A DNA stretch of 62,066 bases from Oopsacas minuta (GCA_024704765.1 JAKMXF010000302.1:462389-524454), one strand, 5' to 3'; shown: positions 24,165-37,400, numbered from the stretch's first letter. Notes: generated from the sequence alone by a model not told the origin. Translations and numbers: made by a program.

Positions 24165-25204
24165 CAGGGCCGTAGCCAGAGCGTAGTGTTAGGAGGGGCT
24201 AAGTAAACTTTAGGGGGGGCTTAGATACTTAAGATTTTTATATCTATTTTTTGGGGTAGGCCCATACCCAAACTCCCAAGCTACTTTGGGGGAAGGTAAA
24301 ATTACTTAGTTCATAGATATTCAGACAACTCTGGCATTCTATAGTTTCGCTTAGTAATCGTGTACATTGTGACATTCCAATGAACTACAAATCTATTTTA
24401 ATCTCATAAATTTAAATAATATCTAAAATAAACGGAGTCTTCTATCCTTCTTCCTAGAAAATTTCCAGAGGAACTTTTCAACTTCCATTTTTTTCGTATA
24501 TCTAGACTCAAACGCAAGAAACACTAAATTGGAACATCTGATTTCCGACATATTTCTCTGTGGCCTACTAACTCTAGTGAGAACTGAGAACGAAGACTCA
24601 CACATAGCAGTGCTACAGCCAAACGTTGCTACAGTAGCAAACAAATTATATGTGTTATTAAACGGATGTCGATACTTGTACAATTCTTCGAGTATATTTG
24701 TTTTATCTTTCATGAATTCCTTTACTACTGACAATTCTTCAATTGAGGGAAGCGAAATCCCAAGCTCTAATAAAGGGTACAACTTATCAATGTCAAATTC
24801 TTCGATCGAATCAACTGCTTGTAATAACATGTTATTCTCAAAAAATCTCCTCTCGAATTCACGGCATGTTACATGAATCGTGTCTATGAATAATGATTCT
24901 AACGTATCATGTTCTTTTGTTGTAGATTTGGTAAGAATATAATCGTTATATAAGCTGTTAGGTTTTTTGCGTCTAATTGGACGAGACATATCATCTTCAT
25001 CATGCAGTAGTATACTTTTGGCCTCGTTAACTATCTCACTAAATGCATCTGGATTTTGAAGCTTATTAATTTTATTAAATACAGAATTGATAATTTCCAT
25101 GGCGTTTTTTAAGCCTGCATCACGGGATTGTAAGATCTTATCTGCTGGTTCTATTGTAAGTAGGAGCTTTTTCATAAATATCAAACAAAAACGGAACTCT
25201 AACT
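24165..25204 (-). mobile_element. 3' end of a ZMYM1-like hAT transposon with a C-terminal transposase fragment (24423-25204)
   Basis: Terminus CAGGGCCGTAGCC at 24165. hAT dimerisation-type motif FATVATFGCSTAMCESSFSVLTRV. Cut by the N at 25205. Confidence 0.8.
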
Positions 25205-25300
25205 NTCGGCGTACATCTTCCGATCTTGTTTTACAAGATTTCTTTGTTTTCAATATGTATATTTTCCTTTGCCGACTTGTTTCTCTACCTTGGTGTAAAC

Positions 25301-27135
25301 CAGTGGTCTTCAAACTTTTTTCTCAGCGTACCCCCAAGTCCCCAACATCTAATTTTTACATATAGTATTATAAATTCTAAAGTGATTTTCAAGTGAATAA
25401 TAAAGAATGATGATATTTCCTATTCAATTACTTCTGAATAGATATCTACTCTAAAGTCTAAAGGTATTCTTGAACCTAATGGGATGAATGGTGCTGTTTG
25501 GGCTCTAAAATTGACTAATTCTGGGCCTAATATTAGTCAATGCTAGTACCAGAGATGGTTCTGGATCCAGGCGATTTCTGAGTTTTGTTTTAATTGTAGT
25601 GAGGGCTGAGAAACCTTGTTTGCATAAGTATGTTGGGTGCAAAGGAAGTAACTGAGTAATTGCAACATTACTAATATTTTTGTATTCAAGGCAAGCAAAT
25701 GTCCAAAACTGGCACAAAGCATGTTGTCTAAAATAGATCTAATGGGAGCTGTCAACAGACAATTCAAGCAAATTTTCTTTTAGTTTATTGCTAAGATTCG
25801 CTTCAGAAATTGACTGAGTTGCAAAAGGATTAGTAATCCAAGTATTCGTCAAATCTTTTAGATCTATTTCACGAAAATACTTCAGAAAAGTATTTGCAAG
25901 TAATGTTAAGTGATTGCTAATTATTACCATCACTCTCCCTGTGAGAACTACTTCATTTTCAATGATAAGATTGCTGAGCGAATCAAAAGTGGTGATATCT
26001 CCTTTTTCAACTTGAGTAACCCAAAACAATACTGTCTTGTAAAAGCCTTTCACTTTGTCATGTGCCTAAAATATGAATATCAAATCCTTGTAACTGAAGA
26101 TTTTAGCTCGTTTATTTTACTGAATACGTCTGCAAGATAGGATAATTGACAAACCCAGTCTTCGTCCAAAAAATGAACTTTCTAATCAGATTTCATATCT
26201 GAGAGAAAAGTACATACTTCGTGTCTCATTTCAAAAAGTCTTGTCAAGACTCGTCCTCTCGACAACCACCTGACCTCAGTATGCAACAATAATTGTGTGT
26301 GGTTGGCCCCCATTTCTTCACACATTATTTTAAATAGACGTGAATTCAATGCTCTTGATTTGATATAATTGACAATTTTAACAGCATCATCCAATACCAT
26401 GTGTAATTCTGGGCTCATTTTCTTAGTTGCCAAGGCTTGTTTGTGAATCATGCAATGTTGCCATTTTAAATTTAGATTTACTGACTTAAGCCGAGCAATA
26501 AGACCATTTGTGTGTCCTGTTATTGAGGCGGCGCCATCTGAAGATATACTGGTGCACCATTCCCATTTGAATTCACATTCAGCTCTTATGTGACCATCGA
26601 GTACTTCAAATATTTTTTCTCCAGTAGTTTTTCCAAGTAAACTTTTACATGCCAATATTTGATCATTAATACCTTCATCATAGTAACGCACATACATCAG
26701 TAATTGAGCCTGGTTTGAGATATCAGTCGATTCATCAAGTTGTAGTGCAAAACATTTAACTTGTTTAATCTTCTCTATAACTTGTAGTGAGACATCACAC
26801 GCCATTTCTTCAATTCTGCGAGCCATCGTTGTATCAGAAAATGATATTGACTTGATAGCATTGACAGCTGCAGCACCTAGCATGTTTTCAGCTATTATCA
26901 ATGCACCTGGAATTATTAGATTTTCTGTGATTGAATAGTCCTTCTTAGCTCTAGCTGTCAAAAATGCTAATCCATATGATGTTTTTTGTGCTATCTTTTA
27001 GACTGTGAAAAATGACTTATAATGCTTCTTGACTTAATAATTTCACTAGCCTTTCGTTTGAAAAATTATATTGGTTTATTTTGTTATTCCTTGTGTTTTG
27101 TGACAAAATGTCTCCGTAAAAGAGATGGCTTCATA
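25301..27135 (-). mobile_element. Buster/Charlie-type hAT element, decayed; 5' part interrupted by foldback copy 2
   Basis: Terminus CAGTGGTCTTCAAACT at 25301, preceded by GTGTAAAC (fits an NNNTANNN target). Transposase fragments MKPSLLRRHF, LQLDESTD, ISSDGAA, CMIHKQAL, EVRWLSRG and TYLCKQGFS. Confidence 0.85.
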
Positions 27136-27915
27136 CATAGCCTACTAAATATGAGGCCTAACAGTAAAAGTACCAGGGATGCGGTATTAGCTGAAAGCAT
27201 TTATAGACATGGTTTCTTTTTTGCAGAAAAATGCATTTTTGGCTGAATAAATGTACTACATTTTTGTAGGACATCAAATTTTACACAAATAAATGGTAAA
27301 AACTTTTAAGAATGTGTAAAAATATGTCCCTAGTAAGCAATTATTTTGTAAAATATATCATTCTTTGATGCCTTGTAGAACGTTAAATATTGCATTTATC
27401 AACTCAAAGTGAATAAATGAAATGATCTCTAGATCCTTTTATACAAATTGTCAAAAATTTGTCATTCAAAAGTTAGCTCGTTGTTGAGTTAAGGTAGAGA
27501 CCATAGATGACAATTTTTTATGAATATTCAATTATAACTCGAGAATCATTAAAATTATCGTAAAATCAGAATAGGCAATTTATACTATTTACCCGACTTC
27601 CCATACCCTTGCAATACATTTTGATATGATATCCCTCACCAATGTGACGATGCCCATATATGGTCATTTTCAATATTCCGCACTACTCTTCAATTAATTC
27701 ATATCAAAATGTATTACAAGGGTATGGGAAGTCGGGTATAGAGTATAAATTGATTATTCTGATTTTACGATAATTTTAATGATTCTCGAGTTATAATTGA
27801 ATATTCATTAAAATTCGTCATCCATGGTCTCTACCTTAACTCAACAACGAGCTAACTTTTGAATGACAAATTTTTGACAATTTGTATAAAAGGATCTATA
27901 GATCATTTCATTTAT
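27136..27915. mobile_element. P-superfamily foldback element, copy 2 (truncated at N 27916)
   Basis: Same CATAGCCTACTAAA terminus and internal sequence as copy 1. It is inserted in the hAT transposase at the MKPS codons. Confidence 0.85.
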
Positions 27916-29057
27916 NCTAAGTGCATGCAGATGTAAACAACAATGTCTAAGCATATCATAATAATATCTGATTGCCAATGGTGATGCATCTGCCATCGCT
28001 GTCATGATGAGAATCTAAAATATTCGAATTGTAAAAAATTATTTTTGTACAAAAAAATAAATTTATCGAAAAAATTTGTGTGGGAAATATTTCTTTGACA
28101 ACAGAATCGGATTCTACGCAAAATTCTGCACAAGAATAATGAAAAATCTCAAGGACCTCGTTTTTTCGATCAATATGATTTTCTGAGAGACCCGTGACGT
28201 GTAGCATTTCAGCTTCAACTATTCGATGTGCAGAAACGTTCAAATGAATTGAACTCACGAGCTGCATTTCATTGTTATATGTTCTATGTGCAAAAAGTTT
28301 TAAATAGATCGAAGATACTAGTTTGATGTCAGATTTCACTTTTCTATGTGTAGAAAGTTTCAAAATGATTGAAGATACTTGTTGCATTTCGGATTCAACT
28401 TTTCTATTTGTAGAAAGTTTCACATTGATTGAAGATACGTGTTACAATTCAGATTCCAATTTTCTATGTATGTGATGTTTCAAATTTATTGAAGATAGTT
28501 GTTGGATTATGATTCAACATTTCCATTTGTAAAATATTTCTAATTGTTTGAAGATACTTGTTGCATTTCATATGCAACCTTTTTATGTGTAGAAAGTTTC
28601 ATATCGATTGAAGATTCCTGTTGTATGTTAAATTCAACTTTTCTATGTGCAGAAAGTTTCAAATTGATTGAAGCTACAAAGATGATTCTTGTATCAATTG
28701 CAACAAATTGCATATGGACAGCATGAATCTCACTTGAATCTCACTTGAATCATGATTTTTCGTATAATTTCAACTATTTGCACATAGACATATTGAATCT
28801 CACTTGGATTCTGTTTCTTCAATCAATTTCAACCATTTGCACATAAACAAGTTAATTCTGAATTGAAACATGTTTCTTCTATCAATTTCATCTATTTGGA
28901 CAAAGACATGTAAATCTAACTTAAACATGTCTCTATTAACAGTATCATCTATTTGCACTTAGACATGGTGAAACACACTTGAAACATGGTTCATTTAACA
29001 ATTTCAACTATATGCAAATAGACATGTTAAATCTCACTATACATAATGATTCTTCTA

Positions 29058-30403
29058 CAGGGTGTCTCAAAATTATTGCGGTGTTGTAAAATACTCAATA
29101 ACTTTAGAATTAATACACTTTGATAAAGTTCTATTTGCCAATATATTCCCCTGACAATTCTATACATTTCTGAACGCGCATTGGCATCCCTAAGTACAAT
29201 CTTTCTAAAATATCAGGGTCGATTGATGACCAAGCATTTTTTAGCATCTTTTCCAAATAATTAACGTTGACAGCAGGCTTCATCTTGTCAATCTTATCTT
29301 GAACGATTGACCAAATATTCTCAATTGGATTGAGATCCGGAGAGTTGCCTGGCCACTTCTGTTTCTCCCAGAACCCAGGTAAGTTCTGTCTGCACCAGTC
29401 TTGAGTCTTTCTAGCTGTATGAGCCGGAGCTCCATCCTGCATAAATATCGCTTTGGACATGTCTGGTATCATTTTCCTTTCTAAGATCCCTCTATTTTCA
29501 TCTGTTCTACGCAACGCTTGAATACATGGCCCTTCTAGAATCTCGTCTATATAATATTTCGCATTAATTGTCTCTTTTTGAGGCAATATATGGAGTGTAG
29601 AAAGCGCTTGATAGCTCACCATACCCCAAACCATCACTTTTGCGGGAAATTTAACAGTTTGGCGGGGAGTTACTTGTGTACCGTCTCTTGCCCATATTCG
29701 ATCGTTCTGTGGATTCAATGGGTGAAATAACTCATAGGGAGATTCGTCTGACCAGAGTACACGTTTCCAATCATCAACTGCCCAATTCACCTTATCCATA
29801 TAGAAGCTTAGTCGGTTTTTCTTATGAAATTCTGTTAGTAAGGGGGTTTTTGGTCTTTTATAAGGGTGAACTTTTAAATCCTTGAACAAATACCGGTGTA
29901 CAGTGTCCTTTGAAACAGTATTTCCCATGTTTGTAAGTTTCTTAGCCATAGATCTTGTCGACTTGTGTCTCTTGCCCAATGATTTCGCGATAACAATCTT
30001 TGAAACTCTGGATAACTTTTTCGGACGTCCAGCACCCCTCTTATGTTGTAGGCTTTTATGTGCTTTATGTTTGCACCACCATCTTTGTATGGTTGAAACA
30101 TCTTTTCCAAGAGAGAGAGCAACGGTCTTTTGTGTTTTTCCACTAAGCAGCATTCCAATAGCCCTGTTATGGACTTCAACTTTCTCCAAACGCACATTCA
30201 TCTGCTAATAATTCGCCAATACTCTAAGCTAAACTCAAAATTCCAAAAATAACTACAACCATCTATGGTATAATGCATATTAATAATTACTAAGGTTGGC
30301 TTATAAAATTCGCACTAGTAAATTGAAGCTGTATCCGATTAAACTGTTCTTATTTCATTATAGTTGATCTAATACAACACCGCAATAATTTTGAGACACC
30401 CTG
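29058..30403 (-). mobile_element. Intact Tc1/mariner-superfamily transposon (DD37E)
   Basis: Perfect 31-bp TIRs CAGGGTGTCTCAAAATTATTGCGGTGTTGTA. TA duplicated at 29056-57 and 30404-05. One uninterrupted ORF. Confidence 0.95.
29131..30201 (-). CDS. Tc1-like transposase, 356 aa, DD37E catalytic spacing
   Basis: N-terminal HTH region and GRPK linker. Catalytic motifs WSDES, FMQDGAPAH and WPGNSPDLNPIEN; I count 37 residues between the second D and the E. Confidence 0.95.
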   Translation of the reverse strand: MNVRLEKVEVHNRAIGMLLSGKTQKTVALSLGKDVSTIQRWWCKHKAHKSLQHKRGAGRPKKLSRVSKIVIAKSLGKRHKSTRSMAKKLTNMGNTVSKDTVHRYLFKDLKVHPYKRPKTPLLTEFHKKNRLSFYMDKVNWAVDDWKRVLWSDESPYELFHPLNPQNDRIWARDGTQVTPRQTVKFPAKVMVWGMVSYQALSTLHILPQKETINAKYYIDEILEGPCIQALRRTDENRGILERKMIPDMSKAIFMQDGAPAHTARKTQDWCRQNLPGFWEKQKWPGNSPDLNPIENIWSIVQDKIDKMKPAVNVNYLEKMLKNAWSSIDPDILERLYLGMPMRVQKCIELSGEYIGK

Positions 30404-32107
30404 TACATAATTTATCCTTTCGCACATAGACAAGTTGAATCCCCCTTGAAACATGTTTCTTGGATCAATTTCAACCATTTGCTGATATCCATGTTGAATC
30501 TCACTTTAACAAAAATTTCTTTTACAAATCTCATCCTTTCGCACATAGACAATTTGAATCTCATTTGAAACATGTCTCATCTATCAATTTCAACTTATTT
30601 GCACATAGACATCTTGAATATCACTCGAAACGTGATTGTTCAATCAATTTCAACGATCTGCACATACACATGCTCTATCTGACTTTTGAACGGTCCTTCA
30701 ATCAATTTATGGCTCTGCACATTTAATTATTGAATCTCATTTAAATCACGTTCCAAACGAGATACAAGATGTCTATGTGTAAATAGTTGGAATTGCTAGA
30801 AGAACCATGTTTCATGTGAAATTTAACACGTCTCTTTGCAGAATGGAAAATTGATAAATGAAACGTTCTACAAGTAAGATTGAGTATGTCTATCTGCAGA
30901 CCGTTGAAATTAATAGAAGAAACTTGTTGCAATTCAGATTCAACTTGTCTAAGTGCAAATAGGTGAAATTGATTGAAGAATCATGTTTCAAGTGATATTC
31001 AACATGTCTAGCTTCAGACCTTTGAAATTGACAGAAGAAACTTGTTTCAATTCAGATTGTATTTCACTATGGGCAAATAGTTGAAATTGATAGAAGAATC
31101 ATGTTTCAAGTGAGATTCAACAAGTCTATGTTCAGACCGTTGAAATTGATAGAAGAAACTTGTTTCCATTCAGATTCACGTTGGTTATGTGCTAATAGTT
31201 GAATTTGATAGAAGAACCATGTTTCAAGTGATATTCACCATGTCTATGTTTCGACCGTTGAAAGTGATAGAAGAACCTTGTTTCAATTCAGAATCAACTT
31301 GTTCATGTGGAAATGATTGAAATCGATAGAAGAACCATGTTTCAAGTGAGATTCAACAAGTCTATGAGCAAATAGTTGAAATTGTTTGAAGAATCAGGTT
31401 TCAAATGAGATTCAATATGTCAATGTGCAAATAGTTGAAATTGATAGAAGAAACATGTTTCAAGTGAGATACTACATGTCTATGTGCAGACTGTAAATTG
31501 ATAGATTATACGATTTACAAGTGAGATTTAACATGAATATCTGAAACCGTAGAAATTGATAGAAGGAACTTCTTTCAATTCATATTAAACCTGTCTAGGT
31601 GCAGACTCAAAATTGATAGATGAAACGTTCTACAAGTGAGATTGAATATGTCTATCTGCAGACCGTTGAAATTGATAGAAGAAACTTGTTTCAATTCAGA
31701 ATCAACTTGTTTATGTGGAAATGGTTGAAATCGATAGAAGAAACATATTTCATGTGCGATTCAACAAGTCTATGAGCAAATAGTTGAAATCGAAAGAAGA
31801 ACCATGTTTCAAGTGAGATTCATCTTGTCTATGTTCCGACTGTTGAAAGTGATAGAAGAGTCTTGTTTCAATTCAAAATCTACCTGTTTATGTGTAAATG
31901 GTTGAAATCTTTTCAAGAGCCGTGATGAATTGAGATTCAACTTGTCTATGTGCGAATGGTAGACATTGGTAGAAGAAACCTTGTTTCAAGTGGGATTCAA
32001 CAAGTCTCTTTGCAGAACGTTGAAAGTGATAGAAGAAACAAGTTTCTAATGATCTTCAACATGTCCATGTGCAGACTGTTGATAATTAATGATTATGTTG
32101 TTTCGAA

Positions 32108-32680
32108 GTTGATATCACAGATACCACTTGGCGACTATTATTATTGTCATAAACTACAATGTATCGTTGACTAACACAGTGAATCTGTACAAACTGTTGA
32201 TCATTCAATGATTCTGCTGTTTCAAGTTAATATCACAGATACTATGTGGCGACAATGTCTATTACCCGAAACTAAAATGTATACTTCAGTAACACAAAGA
32301 ATCTGTGCAGAATGTTGATATTGAACAGTTCTGTTGTTTCAAGTTGATATCACAGATACTATGTGGCAACAATGTCTATTACCCGAAACTACAATATATA
32401 CTTCAGTAACACAGTGAATCTGTACAGACTATTGATATTGAATGTTTATCTTGTGTAATGTTGATATCACAGATACCCCTTGGCGACAATGTCTATTGAC
32501 ACAAACTGCAATGTATTGTTCAGTAACACAGTGAATATGTGCAGAAGGTTGGTATTGAATGAATATGTTGTTTCGAAGTTGATATCACAGATACAATGTG
32601 GCGACAATGTCTATTGACAGAAACTAGAATGCGTAGTTTGGTAAGACACTGTTTCTGTGCAGACTGTTGATATTGAAAAA
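32108..32680. repeat. ~118-bp tandem repeat (about five copies) adjoining the 59-bp satellite
   Basis: GTTGATATCACAGATAC (one copy GTTAATATC) starts at 32108, 32226, 32343, 32460 and 32578. Confidence 0.85.
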
Positions 32681-32800
32681 ATTGTCCCATTATCTACAGA
32701 TGTTGGGACATTTAATGGATATAAACTGTTTCATTATCTACAGATGTTGGGACATATAATGTTTAAAAATTTCCCATTATCTACAGATATAGGAACACTT
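32680..32800. repeat. Three copies of a 43-44 bp repeat
   Basis: CATTATCTACAGAT at 32688, 32732 and 32775. Confidence 0.8.
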
Positions 32801-33254
32801 AATAGATGAAAAGTTGTATATCAGTGCTATCACTCTCCCCTTCAAATAGCTCCTCCGAGATGTTATGGCGATCTTTGAATAGAATAGATCTGTGATCTAA
32901 AGACGCCGACTGAGTTTTTCGGCATCTGTTTTCAAGATGAGATGGCAACTTCAGACACACGAACTCGGAAAACCAAAGCGATAGTGCATCTTTCATGATC
33001 TGGTACTTTGGAGTTTGTGTATGGCGTATCATATTCTCGTTTTTCCACTTTAAACCATTCGTTACGAGCGCAACAGACATCTTCAATGGTAGAAAGGCCA
33101 GTCTTGAACCCACTCCTTCCCGAAATGTACTTGGATATCATCGTACGTCTCGGGTGAGCTTGTTTGCGATGGTTATTTTCTTCTTTTTCTTCCTTTTCTT
33201 ATTGCTGGCATTCAAGGAGTTTCTAAGACGTTTCACGGGTGAGTGGGAGGCCAT
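32799..33254 (-). pseudogene. pogo/Tigger-like transposase N-terminal (CENP-B-type HTH) remnant
   Basis: Frameshifted pieces RKKKKITIANKL, GLSTIEDV, PKYQIMKDALSLWF and FKDRHNISEELFEGESDS. Confidence 0.5.
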
Positions 33255-34189
33255 ATTAGGTAGAAATAGCTTGAGAAAGAAAATGATGTCACATTCACCC
33301 TAGGTGTAAACTGGATAATTAACTGAAGGCAAATATATAGAATGGTAAGCAAAATGCTTGACCAAATGTGTGTGGCGAAGTAGCCGGGCAATGGAGGAAA
33401 ATGCATTGTGCAAATCTGTATTAGTAGGAAATGGTGTCTGAAGCATAGTTAAGATTAGCCTGGGACTGTATTCACTATAACTATTATGATTTGAATCATT
33501 AGATTAGTTTATGCAATCAAGGGTTCTATTTATCATACCTCTCACCACAAATCTACTCATAGTTATGGTCATTTCATTGCTAATCTCAGCTCTGACTTAT
33601 GCATTCAGACTCATTACACAGTGATGTATTATAGCATTATACACTGCCCTATCAAAAGTATTCGTGCCCCACTAAATATCCATGTTCTGATTGTACTATT
33701 TATCGACTAAATGTACAAGTTGGAAACTAAGATAGAAATTCAAATATCCAGGTATCAAAAGTGTTTTATGCACATAGTACATATGTTTACACAAATAAAC
33801 AAATTCTTTTTGTATTTGTTACACTAATTCACAGATGTTTATTGATGGGTTGTTTTTGGCCTTGCGGACAAGTTCGAATTTTGAACAATGGTTTACACAA
33901 TCGACGGAATTTTGAAAAGTGAATTTCAAAGTAGATCATGAAGAGTTTGATAAGGAAAGTTTTGATACTCTCCACTTGGCTCGTACATGGTTACTGTTAA
34001 TTAAAAATATCACCGCCCACCTATGGTAAGAATCAACAGATTTACATCAAATTGATTTGGGGTTTTCAATACAATCTTCTTCCCAAGCTTTCGTTTGTTT
34101 CACGAATCTCAACATATAGATACTTAAAGGTTTGCCAGGTAATCTTAGTATTACGTAATCGTATATATTGCACAATTAATTTCATTTAC

Positions 34190-35252
34190 CATAGCCTACT
34201 AAACATAAGGCCTAACAGTAACTCGAAATTTTGGAACCAGGGATGCAGTATTAGCTGAAAGCATTTATAGAAATAGTTTCTTTATTGCAGAAAAATGCAT
34301 TTTTTGGCTGAATAAATGCATTACATTTTATAGGACATCAAATTTTACACAAATAAATAGTCACAACTTTTAGGAAAGTGTAAAATATTTCTCTAGTAAG
34401 CATTTATTTAGCAAAATATATCATTCTTTGATGCCTTGTAGAACGTTAAATATTGCATTTATCAACTCAAAGTGAATAAATGAAATGATCTATAGATCCT
34501 TTTATACAAATTGTCAAAAATTTGTCATTCAAAAGTTGGCTCGTTGTTGAGTTAGGGTAGAGACCATGGATGGCGAATTTTACTGAATATTCAATTATAA
34601 CTCGACAATCATTAAAATTATCGTAAAATCAGAATAGACAATTTATACTATTTACCCGACTTCCCATACCCTTGCAATACATTTTGATATGATATCTCTC
34701 ACCAATGTGACGATGCCCATATATGGTAATTTTCAATATTTCGCAATACTTTTCAATTATTTCATATCAAATGTATTACAAGGGTAAGGGAAGTCGTGTA
34801 TAGAGTATAAATTGGCTAGTATGATTTTACCATAACTTTACCGATTTTTTAGTTATAATGAATATTCATAAAAAATTGTCATCCATGGTTTATACCTTAA
34901 CTCAACAACGAGCCAACTTTTGAATGACAAATTTTTGACATTTTGTATAAAAGGAGCTATAGATCATTTCATTTATTCACTTTGAGTTGATAAATGCAAT
35001 ATCTAACGTTCTACGTGGCATCGAAGAATGACATATTTTGCTAAATAAATGCTTACTAGACTCATATTTTGACGCATTCTTGAAAATATTCAGTATTTAT
35101 TGGTGTAAAATTTGATGTTCTACAAATCTGCAAAACATTTATTCAGGCAAAATGCACCTTTTCTATAATAAGGAAACCATGTATATAAATGCTTTCAGCT
35201 AATACTTCATTCCTGGTACTTTACTGTTAGGCCTTATATTTAGTAGGCTATG
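34190..35252. mobile_element. P-superfamily foldback element, copy 3 (complete)
   Basis: CATAG...CTATG termini, 1063 bp, perfect 7-bp TSD CATTTAC at 34183-34189 and 35253-35259. Confidence 0.88.
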
Positions 35253-36054
35253 CATTTACGTATAACCTGAAGTATATACAGAAAATTATGGATCTTTTCA
35301 ATCTGATATTATAGATGATGTTAATGGAATGTTCATGTATTGTTCGGTTGTTATGGAAACAACTGGTTGGTTTTAACCTGACCACCTTTTCAGCTACTCT
35401 GGATTAAATGGGCTTACTTTGCTTGTCTCAACCTGATCACTGTATGTTTGGTCACTACGGCCTGAAAAAAGCAAAGTTATTTACTATAAGCTGGAATTTG
35501 ATAAAATTTCAAATTTTATCGAGAAAGGAAAATAAGTAGGGACAATATACAATCGTCAAATCAAGTGTGGCAAAGACCCTAATGTATTCAAACTAATGCA
35601 CGATTGGCGCTCATATTGTATCCCATAAAATTATTGTTTCAAAGTAATGGTATTAGCCTAGTCGTACGTTTGCCTAAAGTTTCAGACTAGTATCCAACTG
35701 ATTGAAATAGCAAAATATTCTTGGGCATACATACAGTCAAATTTGACCATAGACTTAATCTACTTTCGAAAACGAGCAAAGATTTGAAATTTCAACGAAA
35801 GTCAATGAATGTATTTGGGAAAATTCGTATCTCCAGTCTATGAATTCATTAGTAAGCATAGAGAGCGCTTGGATTAGGTACAATTGACATTAACAGACAA
35901 TACTATAGATTGCAGATAGAGTGTACGAGGACTAAAATGCAACAAAACTCCCATTATACGTTGCAAACTCTGCCATCGGGACTTGTACACTCCAGAATTT
36001 TGAGGCAAAATATAGAAGCATATACTTGTGGATAAATCAGAAATATATGAAGTA

Positions 36055-36213
36055 CAGTGGAAGCGACTTAATCGGGACGTCATCGAAGTCGAACTTTATC
36101 CCGTATAACCGAATGTCCCGATTAGCCGATGTAATTTCTATTGTTAAATATGAATTTGTTTCGATTAAGTACGTCTCTCGTTTATCCGTCTCCCGATCTA
36201 GCGGCTTTAATTG
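36055..36213. mobile_element. Small pogo-type MITE
   Basis: TA|CAGTGGAAGCGACTTAATCGGGAC...TCCCGATCTAGCGGCTTTAATTG|TA, with degenerate inverted ends and TA flanks. Confidence 0.45.
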
Positions 36214-36557
36214 TATCTGTTGAATGATTCAATCAGACGTAATGAATTATTAACTGTTCGAATAGTAGAAAATTAAAATTTTGATCTAGTCAGCCAAAAA
36301 TACAGCTTTAGCATGAATACGTGACACTATGCTTTTGATAAACTACAGGAATTTGATCACCAATCTAAGGACATTCCAAAACGATGCGGAGCTGGTACTA
36401 TTCATACTAATACATTGGACACAGAGTTAAGCAATAACCAGAGGTCACCTCAAATATAAATGTATTAGAGACCACAAGTTGTTTTCCTTCAAAAATTTCT
36501 ATACAAATTGATGTACAAATATAAAAAAATATAAAATAGTACAAAAATCCATGATAT

Positions 36558-37400
36558 CACTGGGCAACAGCATTTTTACAGAAACTATCCCATTAATTTT
36601 TTCTAACTAACTTTAGCCTCTGAGGCCAAAAACGCCATCCATTTGTGCCCATCACGTCCAGATTTTTTGATATTGATGTTTCATAATTTTTGTCCAAAGT
36701 TTCATCTAGGCTTAGTCTTCCCTAGTTGTAATTATATAATTTGTTGTTTAACGATGTTTCTAGAACACATTATATTCCTTGCTATTGTGTTTTCTATGAC
36801 TAGATATTTGGGCGTTCCATATAGAGAGTATATAGTAAGATATTAACATTAATTTATATTTTAGCGAATTGTTTTATGGCATCTTCATGGAGGAAATGTT
36901 CCCATGATCCGAATAGTTTCTGCTATATTTGTGGAGAGTTAACATTCCCAACACAGAAACGGGCGATAGATGATACATTACGCAATTTATACCATGCGTA
37001 TTTTAGGATGCAATTGGGCTACCAAGACAAGGAGTGGTCACCACATATAGTTTGTCAAAAATGTTTTTGAATTTATATAACTGGTCACGTAAAAAAGTAA
37101 AGTCAATGCCATTTGGAATTCCTATGATATGGAGAGAACCGACAAACCATTTTGATGATTGCTACTTCTGTATGGTCAAAACACTAGGTTTCAATCGAAG
37201 AACAAATCAAGAATACAGTATCCCTCTATACCTTCCGGAATAAGGCCGGTTCAACATAGTGATGAAATTCCGATTTCAATTTGGAAAAATCCTGAACTTG
37301 AACCTGTAATATCTGATTGTTATCAATTTTTGCCTGATCCGGACAAGAAAATATTGATGATGTGGAGTCACCTGAAGAGAGTAGAGATGAAGAATTTATC
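36558..37400 (+). mobile_element. 5' fragment of a third Chapaev3 element
   Basis: Terminus CACTGGGCAAC at 36558. Coding remnant from 36876: FCYICG, GYQDKEWSPHIVCQKC, WREPTNHFDDCYFC, RPVQHSDEIP. It runs into satellite sequence. Confidence 0.8.

Larger units (their letters stand above)
27950..32100. repeat. Degenerate 59-60 bp satellite array in three orientation blocks (forward ~27950-28715, reverse ~28725-30750, forward ~30750-32100), interrupted by a Tc1-like element
   Basis: Consensus-like unit TTGAAATTGATAGAAGAAACATGTTTCAAGTGAGATTCAACATGTCTATGTGCAAATAG. Unit starts at 31081, 31140 and 31199. Confidence 0.85.

Noticed and set aside
24423-25313. 296-aa ORF as one protein
   Set aside because: It crosses the N at 25205, and its first ~36 codons come from unrelated sequence, including another element's TIR.
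27950-32800. Regularly spaced repeats as a CRISPR array
   Set aside because: The units are contiguous degenerate monomers with no unique spacers, there are no cas genes, and the context is eukaryotic.
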